Source: Alphaproteobacteria bacterium
Lineage (GTDB): Bacteria; Pseudomonadota; Alphaproteobacteria; Bin95
Assembly: GCA_963665325.3 (NCBI GenBank)
Contig: CAXXWS020000002.1
Coordinates: forward strand, 1-64,000
Direction of reading: 5' to 3'
DNA length: 64,000 nucleotides
The notes beneath the pieces were generated by a model. It worked only from the letters and a program-made list of their open reading frames with translations, was not told the DNA's origin and ran no database searches. The translations under genes and the position numbers were made by a program. Positions 1-8,062 of this stretch are shown in pieces. Every line of letters begins with the position of its first letter. The stretch's first letter is position 1.

Positions 1-8
1 TTGAGTGG

Positions 9-412
9 CCGCTGGTGCGGACACCGCGAAGGGACGCGGTGTCGAGCGAAGTGACGGCGGGCGCGGCGCGGTCGCCGTCACGAGCACCGGCGGAATTGCC
101 GCGCGCTCTGCGGGCGGTGGTGCGCGCCGGGCGCAACAGCGGGCGCGCACAAGTGCATCGGCAGGCGATCGGTTCGGCGATCGGCACCGCCGACGGCGAC
201 GACGGCAGTGGTGCGAAGCACCCTGCCGGGGATGGCGACCATGACGATTGCCATGATGATCGTCGCGACGGTCGCAACGACCGTCGGCGATGGCGAGCGC
301 GGCGCGAAGCGCGCGCGAGGATGGCGCCGCCGCAGCACTGTCGGTCGAAACGAAACGGGCCGCGCCGCCGTCCCGATGCCGGGATGACGACGCGGCCCGC
401 GAGGCGCTGCGG
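9..412 (+). other. Densely hairpinned non-coding region (candidate ssDNA signal)
   Basis: Many stems: GACACCGCG/CGCGGTGTC, GTGACGGCG/CGCCGTCAC, GTGCGCGCC/GGCGCGCAC, CGACGGTCG/CGACCGTCG (266-286), GGGCCGCG/CGCGGCCC. GCGAAGC mini-hairpins at 213-219 and 304-310. Confidence 0.55.
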
Positions 413-413
413 T

Positions 414-1334
414 TCAGCCGGCGCGGCAGACCGGGATGCCCAGGGTGCGCGCCTTGTCGACGAGGTTGTCGGTGATGCCCGAACCGGGGAAGGCGATGAC
501 GCCCTTCGGCAGGAGGTTCAGCAGCTCGTCGTTGCGGCGGAACGGGGCGGCACGTCCGTGGCGGTCCCAGTCCGGCTTGCAGACGACCTGGTGGACGCCG
601 TTGCGCTCGGCCCAGCTTGCCGCGATCTTCTCGACGCCGGGGCCGCCGCCATGGACGAGCACCATGTCCGCGTGCTTGGCGCGGGTCTTGTCGAGCATGC
701 GGATCACCGCGGCCGGGTCGGCGACGTCCCTGCCGCCGGCGATGGCGACGAGGGTGCCCTGCGGCAGATGCGCCATGGTCTTGCGGTCCTTCCTCGCACG
801 CTGGTAGTCGCGGGCGTCGATGGCCGCGCTGGTCAGCCTGCCGGTCTCGGAGACGTGGCTGCCGCGCCTCGGACGCCAGACGCTGCCCGTCGCGTTGCGG
901 TAGGCGTCGGCGGCGTGGTCGCGCATGGTCTCGAAGGCGTCGCGTCGGTCGGTGAGGCACTGCGCCCGGTGGGTGGTCATCTCCAGCTCCAGCGACTTGA
1001 TCTCGGTGCCGTCCTGGGCCTTCTGGAGGTCGCGCAGTTCGGGCATCAGCTTGTCGGCGGCGCGGTCGAGTCTCCGGGTCTGTGCGTCGATCATGTTGAC
1101 GAAGCCCCAGAGCAGGCTCTCGCGCTCGTCGGCGATCTGGAACCCGTCGGGTGCGACGCCCTGGGCCAGGATGCGGAAGGCTTCGCTCACCGCGTCGGTG
1201 GCGTCGTCCTCGTCCCAGACTTCGCGGGTGTCGAACTCGCCGCGCTCGGGCGTCGCGCCGAAGAGCTGGGCCTGTTCGCAGACGTTCGCGGTGACGGACT
1301 GCGCGGCGGTCTCGATGGTGTCGATGAGTGTCAT
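414..1334 (-). CDS. DUF2493 / YspA-related SLOG-domain protein
   Basis: ATG at 1334 follows AAGGAG. C-terminal 'LVAIAGGRD...VLVHGGGPGVEKIAASWA...PDWDRHGRAAPFRRNDELL...IAFPGSGIT' is typical of this family on alphaproteobacterial ICEs and plasmids. Confidence 0.85.
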   Translation of the reverse strand: MTLIDTIETAAQSVTANVCEQAQLFGATPERGEFDTREVWDEDDATDAVSEAFRILAQGVAPDGFQIADERESLLWGFVNMIDAQTRRLDRAADKLMPELRDLQKAQDGTEIKSLELEMTTHRAQCLTDRRDAFETMRDHAADAYRNATGSVWRPRRGSHVSETGRLTSAAIDARDYQRARKDRKTMAHLPQGTLVAIAGGRDVADPAAVIRMLDKTRAKHADMVLVHGGGPGVEKIAASWAERNGVHQVVCKPDWDRHGRAAPFRRNDELLNLLPKGVIAFPGSGITDNLVDKARTLGIPVCRAG

Positions 1335-1419
1335 GACGATCTCCTTGCGATCGGTTGCACGTTCCGGGGCCGATCCCCGTCGTGATGTCCTGTTGGGAAC
1401 CGCGCGCGCAGCGGAAGCA

Positions 1420-1542
1420 CCTGGGCCTAGAAGCTCTTGGGGCGGAGTGGTGCGGAAAGTCGGCGAGTGGTGCGGAAGATCGCGCCAGCGATCTTCACGG
1501 TCGTCGGCTTTCACGGTCCGCCCCTAGAGCTTCTTGTCCAGG
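1420..1542 (+). promoter_or_regulatory. 123-nt imperfect hairpin upstream of the DUF2493 gene (candidate ssDNA promoter / structured leader)
   Basis: Nested stems AGAAGCTCT/AGAGCTTCT, GGGGCGGA/TCCGCCCC, GAAAGTCGGCGA/TCGTCGGCTTTC and GAAGATCGC/GCGATCTTC, with two identical internal loops. Confidence 0.6.
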
Positions 1543-1699
1543 CCGCAGGGAGCGCAGCGACCGGAGGACCCGCAGGGTTGCTGTAGCGAGCACGTGGATC
1601 ACAATGGGACTTCACGACGAGGCGAATATCTCTCCACCCACACGGACCCCATCGGCGGTTCGGCCTGGCACGGCGTTCGAAAGGAAGCACGGCGGCGCG

Positions 1700-2041
1700 T
1701 CACGCATCTGACCGCTCGGCCAGCACCCGCGCCGCCCAGGCGGCCGCCCGTTCGAGCACCTCGCCGTGGCAGGGATGTCCGTCGCCCACGCACCAGCACG
1801 CCAGCCAGCAGCCGTCGAGTTCGGCGAGCTCTTCCAGCGTCACCTCGCCCGCGCCTATCTGCCGCCAGAGATGGACGCGGTAGCGGGCGACCGCCTCGGC
1901 ATGCGAGACCCCGTCCGTCACGCGAAACGGATTGCCCCACTTCGTGCGGCGGTCGATCAGCACGGTGTTGTTCACCACCTGCGCATATTCGAATTGCTCG
2001 CGCAGCTTCGGCTCGTGCCTGAGATTGACGACGGCGGCCAT
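1700..2041 (-). CDS. DUF4326 domain protein
   Basis: 'IDRRTKWGNPF...L.G..LACWC....PCHGEVL' signature; GGAGGGAG RBS before ATG at 2041. Confidence 0.85.
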   Translation of the reverse strand: MAAVVNLRHEPKLREQFEYAQVVNNTVLIDRRTKWGNPFRVTDGVSHAEAVARYRVHLWRQIGAGEVTLEELAELDGCWLACWCVGDGHPCHGEVLERAAAWAARVLAERSDA

Positions 2042-2126
2042 GACTCCCTCCCTCCTCCGAACGGCTTGCCCGTTCGCAAGCTCTTCTCCCCTCCGAGCGC
2101 GGCGGCGGACTCCGGATCCACGGCAG

Positions 2127-2155
2127 AAAAAAAGGCGGCCGTCGAAGCGGCCGCC
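2127..2155 (-). terminator. Rho-independent terminator downstream of ssb
   Basis: Minus strand GGCGGCCG-cttcga-CGGCCGCC followed by T7. Confidence 0.75.
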
Positions 2156-2184
2156 CGAGTTGGGAGGGAGGATGCAGTCGGGGC

Positions 2185-2649
2185 TCAAAAGGGAATTTCG
2201 GAGCCCAATTCGTCGGCCTGCGCCGGGGCGCCGCCGGCCGACACGGTCTCGCCGTTCGCCGGCTCCTGCGCGGCCCGGGCGCCGTTCCCGTTGGCCCCGT
2301 TCGGGCGATCGAGGAACTGCACCCTGTGACCGGGCACGACCAGGATCTCGGTCGAGAAGCGGTCCGAGTCCTCGCCGTCCTTCTTCCACCGGCGGGTCTG
2401 CAACTTGCCCTCGGCGTGGACCAGGCGGCCCTTCTTCGCGTGGCGCACCAGCATGTCGATCAGCCCGTCCTGGAAGGTGACGACCCTGTGCCACTCGGTC
2501 CTGTCGACCTTCTCGCCGTCGCGGTTGAAATACGACTCGTCGGTGGCGATGCTGAGATTGGCCACGCGGCCCCCGCTCATCAGCTGGTTGACGGTGACGT
2601 CGGCGCCCAGGCGGCCGATCAGTTCGACGCGGTTCATTCCGAAGCTCAT
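2185..2649 (-). CDS. ssb: Single-stranded DNA-binding protein (element-encoded)
   Basis: 'NRVELIGRLGAD...SIATDESY...TEWHRVV...KKGRLVHAEGKLQTRRW' and acidic C-terminus 'SEIPF'. Confidence 0.95.
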   Translation of the reverse strand: MSFGMNRVELIGRLGADVTVNQLMSGGRVANLSIATDESYFNRDGEKVDRTEWHRVVTFQDGLIDMLVRHAKKGRLVHAEGKLQTRRWKKDGEDSDRFSTEILVVPGHRVQFLDRPNGANGNGARAAQEPANGETVSAGGAPAQADELGSEIPF

Positions 2650-2748
2650 CGCGATGCTCCTTCAGTTCTCGATGTTGACGATGGTCGAGCGGCGGGACCG
2701 GAGAACGCTCTCTCCAGCCCCGTCCACTCATCTTCTCGAAGCCCTCCT

Positions 2749-2904
2749 CTAGCTCCCGTCCGCCGGGGCCTCGCGGTCGGGGCAGCGCCGGGCAAGGTCT
2801 TCGCTCAGCGCGTCCCTGACCGAACGGGCATCGAGGCCGATCTCGGCGAGGACGGCGTCGGTGGCGGGGCCGACAGGGTCGTAATCGGTGTCGAAGGCGA
2901 ACAT
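2749..2904 (-). CDS. Small hypothetical protein (51 aa), possibly a gene remnant
   Basis: ATG follows GGGAGA; protein-like composition (MFAFDTDYDPVG...); co-oriented with neighbours. Confidence 0.45.
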   Translation of the reverse strand: MFAFDTDYDPVGPATDAVLAEIGLDARSVRDALSEDLARRCPDREAPADGS

Positions 2905-3082
2905 GATGGGATCTCCCGTGCCGCGCCCGGCCGCGACGGAAACCCTCCCTCGCTCCCAACCGGGCGCTCGCCCGGCGAAAGCCCCTCTCGACCTCCCGGC
3001 CGGCCGACCCCCCGGTGGATCGGCGGCCCCCGCTCCGACCGCAACGGGCGGGGAGTGCTGCCGCGCCGGCATCGGGCGCGGG

Positions 3083-3349
3083 TCAATGCAGGGTGCTGCC
3101 GTTCATGTCGCCGGCGCCGGCGCGCAGGCAGCGCGCGGCGAACTCGGTCCAGGTCTCCCGCGTCCAGCCGAGCGGCCGGTTGAGGGAATCGCACACCGCC
3201 AGGCCGTCGGCCCGGTTCAGGGCGACCAGCGCGGTGGGGATGGCGAAGGGAAAGCCCTCGACCAGGATGCGAATCTGCGGCGGCTCGCCGTCGTCGGCGG
3301 CGGCGGAGTAGAAACAGTACGCGGGGTTGTCGGGCAGGCAGGCGGTCAT
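3083..3349 (-). CDS. Hypothetical protein (88 aa)
   Basis: AAGGAG RBS; globular composition (MTACLPDNPAYCFY...). Confidence 0.65.
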   Translation of the reverse strand: MTACLPDNPAYCFYSAAADDGEPPQIRILVEGFPFAIPTALVALNRADGLAVCDSLNRPLGWTRETWTEFAARCLRAGAGDMNGSTLH

Positions 3350-3461
3350 GATGGAAACTCCTTCGGTGTGGTCCGGGTCGGCGGGCGCACGGCCGGCCAT
3401 ACGCATGTCGGACGGCGGGCGGCGGGCCGGCGGCGCAGCAGGGGATGGCGCCGCTGCCGGC

Positions 3462-4724
3462 TCACCAGGGCGGTGCGGTCATCGTCGCCATCGGGCTGGC
3501 GTCCGCGATCACCTCCACCTCGTCGCGCGAGAGCCTGGCGAAGGCGAGGCAGAGCGCGACGTCGGCCTCGCTGTCATAGGGGCCGTGCTCCCGGCCGGTG
3601 GCGATCTCGATCACCGTCCAGCTCGGGTCCCAGATCGGGATGCCGCGGAATGCCCCCGAGCCCTCGCGGTGCTTGCGCGAACAGGGCTCGCATCGCGCCA
3701 CCCCCGGCGAAGGCGTGTTGCATTCGACGCAGCGGCCCTTCGTCCTCCGGTCGGCATAGCGCCGGCGGCGGGCGGCGTACTCCGCCTCGCGGTCGCGCCG
3801 CCCTTCCTTGACGAGGGCGCAGGGCGCGCAGTAGGCCGCGCCGCCGTAGGTGGGGGTTTGGCACTTGACGCACACCCCGGCGGCTCTCCGGGCATCGTAG
3901 CGGGCACGGGCGGCGTCGCGGCAGGCCTGGCACTCGGCCGCCCCGCCGGCCGGCTTGCCGCAGGTGGTGCAATCGCCCCTGGCTCTCCGCTCGGAATATC
4001 TGCGGCGATCGGCCTCCCGCTTGGCCTTCAGGTTCCGCCGCCCTTCCTTGGCCACGGCGCAGGGTTCGCAATAGGCCTTGCCGTCCGGCGCGGGCGTCGC
4101 GCACTGGACGCAGAGGCTCTTCGCCCGGCGCCCGGCGTGGAGTGCGCGTTTCGCGGCCCGCCGGTCGTCCCGGCATGGCTCGCACATCGACCGTCCCTCT
4201 TCGGGCGGGACGGCGCCGCAGCGGATGCACAAACCGGCGGCCCTGCGGAGCTCGCTGCGGCGGCGGCTCTGCTTCCGGCCGGCCCGGCGCCGGGCTTCCG
4301 GGTCGCGTCCGCCGTAGGGTATCCCCTCGGCCTTGGCCCTGGCGTGACGGGCGCGGTCGCGGGCGCGATGCTTCTCCGCGCAGGGCTCGCAGGTCGTGCG
4401 GTCCGGGCGTGCCGAGGCCCGGCCGCATTTCGTGCAGATGCCGGCGGCGACGCGCTCGGCGTGCTGGCGGCGGCCACGCTCGCGCTCGTAGAGCTTCGCC
4501 TGTTCCGGGTCCCGCCTGGGTTTGCCCTCGGCGCGGAGCCTGGCGTCCCGCGCGCGGCTGGCGCGGTTCTGCTTGTCGTTGCAGGGCTTGCAGAGGGTGC
4601 GCTCGGGCGCGGGTTGGGTTTTGCCGCACCGCAGGCACAAGGCGGCCGCGCGCCGAGCCTCGTTGCGACGGTGGTAGCGCGCAAGATCGTTCCTGCGTCG
4701 GGCGTCGATATCGCGGTAAGCCAC
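3462..4724 (-). CDS. Tandem C4 zinc-finger repeat protein (7 CxxC-x9-11-CxxC units separated by Arg-rich helices)
   Basis: Seven clear CxxC...CxxC units plus a distinct acidic C-terminal domain; probable GTG start at 4724 after GGAAGGGG. Confidence 0.8.
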   Translation of the reverse strand: MAYRDIDARRRNDLARYHRRNEARRAAALCLRCGKTQPAPERTLCKPCNDKQNRASRARDARLRAEGKPRRDPEQAKLYERERGRRQHAERVAAGICTKCGRASARPDRTTCEPCAEKHRARDRARHARAKAEGIPYGGRDPEARRRAGRKQSRRRSELRRAAGLCIRCGAVPPEEGRSMCEPCRDDRRAAKRALHAGRRAKSLCVQCATPAPDGKAYCEPCAVAKEGRRNLKAKREADRRRYSERRARGDCTTCGKPAGGAAECQACRDAARARYDARRAAGVCVKCQTPTYGGAAYCAPCALVKEGRRDREAEYAARRRRYADRRTKGRCVECNTPSPGVARCEPCSRKHREGSGAFRGIPIWDPSWTVIEIATGREHGPYDSEADVALCLAFARLSRDEVEVIADASPMATMTAPPW

Positions 4725-4807
4725 AATGGCCCCCTTCCTGCCAATCCGGGAATGGACGGAGGACGCCCCGCCGGCATCGGGCCGGCAGGACGTCCCGGAA
4801 AGAGGCG

Positions 4808-5134
4808 TCAGCCCTTCTGCTTGCGGTCGCACAGGATTCCGGCGGCGATCGAACCCCAGACCTGCATGCCGCCGCGGGTCTTGAGGCCGGTGCAGATGAT
4901 GATCTCGGTGGTGGCGGGGCGCATCTCCCGGACCGCCTTCAGCGTGGCCGTGGCGCGCTTCGTCTTGCGCCGGTTCTTCGCTACGAGCGCCTCGGCCGGG
5001 GCGGGAACGATGTCGCCGTCCGCGCGGGCCCGGAACCGCTCGACGACGTAGCGGTCGTCGGCCAGGCCGGTGCCGAAGAAATGAACCAGAAACGTCTCCG
5101 CCGTGTTGCCGGGTATCGCCATGGCTGCCGTCAT
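4808..5134 (-). CDS. Hypothetical protein (108 aa)
   Basis: AAGGAG RBS before ATG at 5134; co-oriented with neighbours. Confidence 0.6.
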   Translation of the reverse strand: MTAAMAIPGNTAETFLVHFFGTGLADDRYVVERFRARADGDIVPAPAEALVAKNRRKTKRATATLKAVREMRPATTEIIICTGLKTRGGMQVWGSIAAGILCDRKQKG

Positions 5135-5343
5135 GATGCCGTCTCCTTCGTGCCGATGAGGGAAATCGACGGCCGGACGCCCTCCCCCGGACGCCCCGAC
5201 CGCCGCCCCGCTCACGGCCATGCCTCTCCTCTCGATGGAGAAAAGCGCGCGGATGGAGACGGCTGCGGGAAGGCGACGCGGCACACCAGAGTCGGCAGGG
5301 CCGGCGAAGAAGCGCGCTTCTACGCCGTCGTCAAAATCGGGGG

Positions 5344-5910
5344 TTAGGACAGCGCCTGGCGGATGCAGCGGGTCATGGCGGCGTGATCGCCCGCGTTGGA
5401 CCGGCGCGAGGCGGCCAGCCAGTCGGCGCGGTCGATCCGGGTGAGGTCGATGGCGTGCCCGGCGCGCGCGGCAAGCTGCTTCAGATACTGAAGCTGCGTG
5501 CGCCCGTTGCCTTCGCGGAACGGGTGAACATGGTTGACGTCGCCCAGCACCGGACCCGCGCCCCCGGCGAACCCGTCCGGCCCCAGACCCCGGAAATATC
5601 CCGCCGCTACGATGCGGCGGTGAATGTCGGCCATGCCGGTTTCGATGAACCGCCTCGGCTGGAACCGGCTCCCGTCCTTGGCAATCTCGACGGTGCGGAT
5701 CTCGCCCGCCCAGGCGTATACGTCCTGGAACAGGTGGCGGTGGATCGCCTTCAGGTGCTCAAGATCGAAATCGCCCGCCGGCACGGGCTCGACAAGGCGC
5801 TGGGCGACAAGCTCGCGTTCCGCCGCTTCCAGCGCCGGGGCGTCCCGGATGTCCAGCCTGTTGCGGAGAACGGTGTAGTCCGGCGGATAGCAGTAGTCGC
5901 GGTCGCTCAT
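5344..5910 (-). CDS. Fic-family toxin (class I, FicT-like)
   Basis: 'YCYPP...VLRNRLDIRD...IHRHLFQDVYAWAGEIRTVEIAK...HPFREGNGRTQ'; 4-bp overlap with the upstream antitoxin. Confidence 0.92.
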   Translation of the reverse strand: MSDRDYCYPPDYTVLRNRLDIRDAPALEAAERELVAQRLVEPVPAGDFDLEHLKAIHRHLFQDVYAWAGEIRTVEIAKDGSRFQPRRFIETGMADIHRRIVAAGYFRGLGPDGFAGGAGPVLGDVNHVHPFREGNGRTQLQYLKQLAARAGHAIDLTRIDRADWLAASRRSNAGDHAAMTRCIRQALS

Positions 5911-6128
5911 TCCGCCGCGGCGGCGCGGCCTCGGTCCTCGATCCGGCGGAGGATATGGGCGCGGCGCCGCTCGGGCGACCACCCCTCGCGCTCGAACATC
6001 TCGAACATGGCGATCTCTTCCGCCGTCAGCGGATTGCCCTCGATCGCCTGCAAGTGCGCTGCCTCCGCGAGCCGGCCGTTCGCGGCGGCCGTCGCGACGG
6101 AACCCGAATCATGCTGCACCTTGCTCAT
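5907..6128 (-). CDS. VbhA/FicA-like antitoxin
   Basis: 73-aa ORF coupled to fic; contains 'HLQAIEGNP', resembling the inhibitory xxxE(G/N) helix. Confidence 0.8.
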   Translation of the reverse strand: MSKVQHDSGSVATAAANGRLAEAAHLQAIEGNPLTAEEIAMFEMFEREGWSPERRRAHILRRIEDRGRAAAAE

Positions 6129-6350
6129 GGTCAGACCCTATCACGTTTCCCCGGCGGGGGCGACAGGCGGGATTGTCCACAGGCGGGATCGTTCCGTTGC
6201 CATCGGCGGGGGCCGCCAAATCAGCGGATGGCGGCGGGCCGACCATACGTATGGCCGCCGTCCGCCATCGGCGTGATGTACGGCTTGTTGGCGAAGGTCG
6301 GCGGGGTCGCGCCGATCCGCGCGTCCTCCTCGGACGTCACCGCCGGCCCG

Positions 6351-6773
6351 CTACCGGTCGAGGCTGCTGTCGTCGCCGTCCGAGCCCATTACCCGCGAAA
6401 CCAGGTGGTCGGTGACGTCCTCGAAGTAGCTCTCCAGCTCGGTCTGAAGCCGGCTGTATTCCGGCCAGACCACCCGGTTGAACTCCCGCTCCCGCGCGGA
6501 GACGACGACGCTGGTGCGCCGTTGCCGCCGATAACGGTAGGGCCGCACGCCGTGCTTGCGGCAAACGGCAACGAAGAGGCTGACGGACCAGGCATCGGGC
6601 AACGAGAACTGGAGCTCGACTTCGGGCTCGCAGCTCCCGTCCTGATCGGCCAGCCGTCCGTGCAGCCGTTCCATCGCGGCCGCGGCGGCCGTGCGCTCGC
6701 CCGGACTTCCGGCACGCCGGAACAGCGCCTCGACCTTGGCGAGCTTCTCCCGCAGTTGTTCATCGTCGACCAT
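6351..6773 (-). CDS. Conserved hypothetical protein with DUF2786-like N-terminal helical hairpin
   Basis: 'LREKLAKVEALF...SPGERTAAAAAMERL' followed by 'QFSLPDAWS..LFVAVCRKHGVRPYRY.RQRRT'. Confidence 0.7.
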   Translation of the reverse strand: MVDDEQLREKLAKVEALFRRAGSPGERTAAAAAMERLHGRLADQDGSCEPEVELQFSLPDAWSVSLFVAVCRKHGVRPYRYRRQRRTSVVVSAREREFNRVVWPEYSRLQTELESYFEDVTDHLVSRVMGSDGDDSSLDR

Positions 6774-6881
6774 TGCACACCGAATTGGTTCGCTCATGTG
6801 AAACATGAACGAACGCCGACCGCGATGTCCATCCCGGACACCATTCCGAACCCGGCACCATGGACCTCTCAAATCGGGCGC

Positions 6882-8051
6882 TTACAAGATATCCGCCGCG
6901 ATGCTCCAGGCAATTCTCTCCGCCGCCTCGTGGACGGAATCCTGCGCGAGATGGGCATATCTCGCCGTCGTCTCGATATCGTTGTGCCCCAGCAGCTTGC
7001 CGATCACCGGCAGCGTTTCCCCGAGTGCCAGCGCCCTGGAAGCGAAGCTGTGTCGAAGGTCATGAATGCGCACATCCTCCAGCTTCGCCGCCTCGCGTAC
7101 TACCCGGCAGGCGTTGTCGAGCGCACTCTCGCTACAGCGGCCGTCCGGAGCCCTGCCCGGAAACACCCACGGGCTGCCCGCCCGGCGCGGCAGCGCCTCC
7201 AGCAGCCGCACCGCCGGCGGCGGCAGCTGCACCGCGCGGGGGCCGGACTTCGAATCGGGAAGGCGGAGCTCGCCGGCGTCGAGATCGACGTCCGTCCAGG
7301 GCAGCGCGAGGACCTCGCCCTTGCGGCAGCCGGTCAGCATCAGCAGGCGGATCGCCGCCGCGGTCACGGGCGATACGGTTCCGGCGTCCACGGCCTCGTC
7401 CAGCGCCCGCCCGAGCCGGGCGAACTCGGCGTCGGTCAGGAAGCGCTCGCGGCCGCGCTCGGGATGCTTCTCGATCGACCGGCACGGGTTGCAGCCCGCC
7501 GGCACGAGGCCCCAGCCCTCGCCGAGACGGTACATGTGCGCCAGGGTCTTGACCGCCCGGTTGGCCGCCACCGGGCGGCCGCTCAGCCCGCGGTGCAGCT
7601 CGACGACCTGCCGGCGCTCCACCGCCTCGACCGGCAGCCGGCCGAGCGCGGGCAGGATGTGGCGGCGCAGCACGCCGCGGAGCTTGGTCTGCGTCCTCGG
7701 CTTGAGCCGGACCTCGACATGGTCCTCCAGATAGCGCGCCGCAAGGTCGGCCACGGTCGGGCCGCCCCTGGCCCGGGCCGCGAGCGGCAGCGGCACCGGG
7801 TCTTCGCCCGCCTTGATGCGCGTGACGATCAGCGCCGCTCTCCGGCGGGCCTCGTCGGCGTTGAGCACGCCGTGCCGGCCCACCGTCACCCGCTTCGGCC
7901 CCTCCGGCCCCCGCGCCTGGGCGATATAGACCTTGCCGCCGGTCGGATAGACCCGGACCCCGAAGCCGGTCACGGTCCGGTCCCAGAACACCGTGTCGCG
8001 CTCGACCGTCATCGCGGCCACGGCGCGGTTGGAGATCGTCCTCTGCTGCAT
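6882..8051 (-). CDS. Tyrosine recombinase / integrase A (P4-like, N-terminal arm-binding DUF4102-type domain)
   Basis: Catalytic set LTGCRKGE, SKSG, HDLRHSFAS, LLGH, TARYAH; N-terminal 'FWDRTVTGFGVRV'. An alternative GTG start at 8066 overlaps integrase B. Confidence 0.95.
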   Translation of the reverse strand: MQQRTISNRAVAAMTVERDTVFWDRTVTGFGVRVYPTGGKVYIAQARGPEGPKRVTVGRHGVLNADEARRRAALIVTRIKAGEDPVPLPLAARARGGPTVADLAARYLEDHVEVRLKPRTQTKLRGVLRRHILPALGRLPVEAVERRQVVELHRGLSGRPVAANRAVKTLAHMYRLGEGWGLVPAGCNPCRSIEKHPERGRERFLTDAEFARLGRALDEAVDAGTVSPVTAAAIRLLMLTGCRKGEVLALPWTDVDLDAGELRLPDSKSGPRAVQLPPPAVRLLEALPRRAGSPWVFPGRAPDGRCSESALDNACRVVREAAKLEDVRIHDLRHSFASRALALGETLPVIGKLLGHNDIETTARYAHLAQDSVHEAAERIAWSIAADIL

Positions 8052-8062
8052 CGCGATGTCCC

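Noticed and set aside
1700-2959. 419-aa ORF fusing upstream sequence to DUF4326
   Set aside because: The upstream part overlaps ssb in another frame and crosses a terminator; DUF4326 has its own RBS and ATG at 2041.
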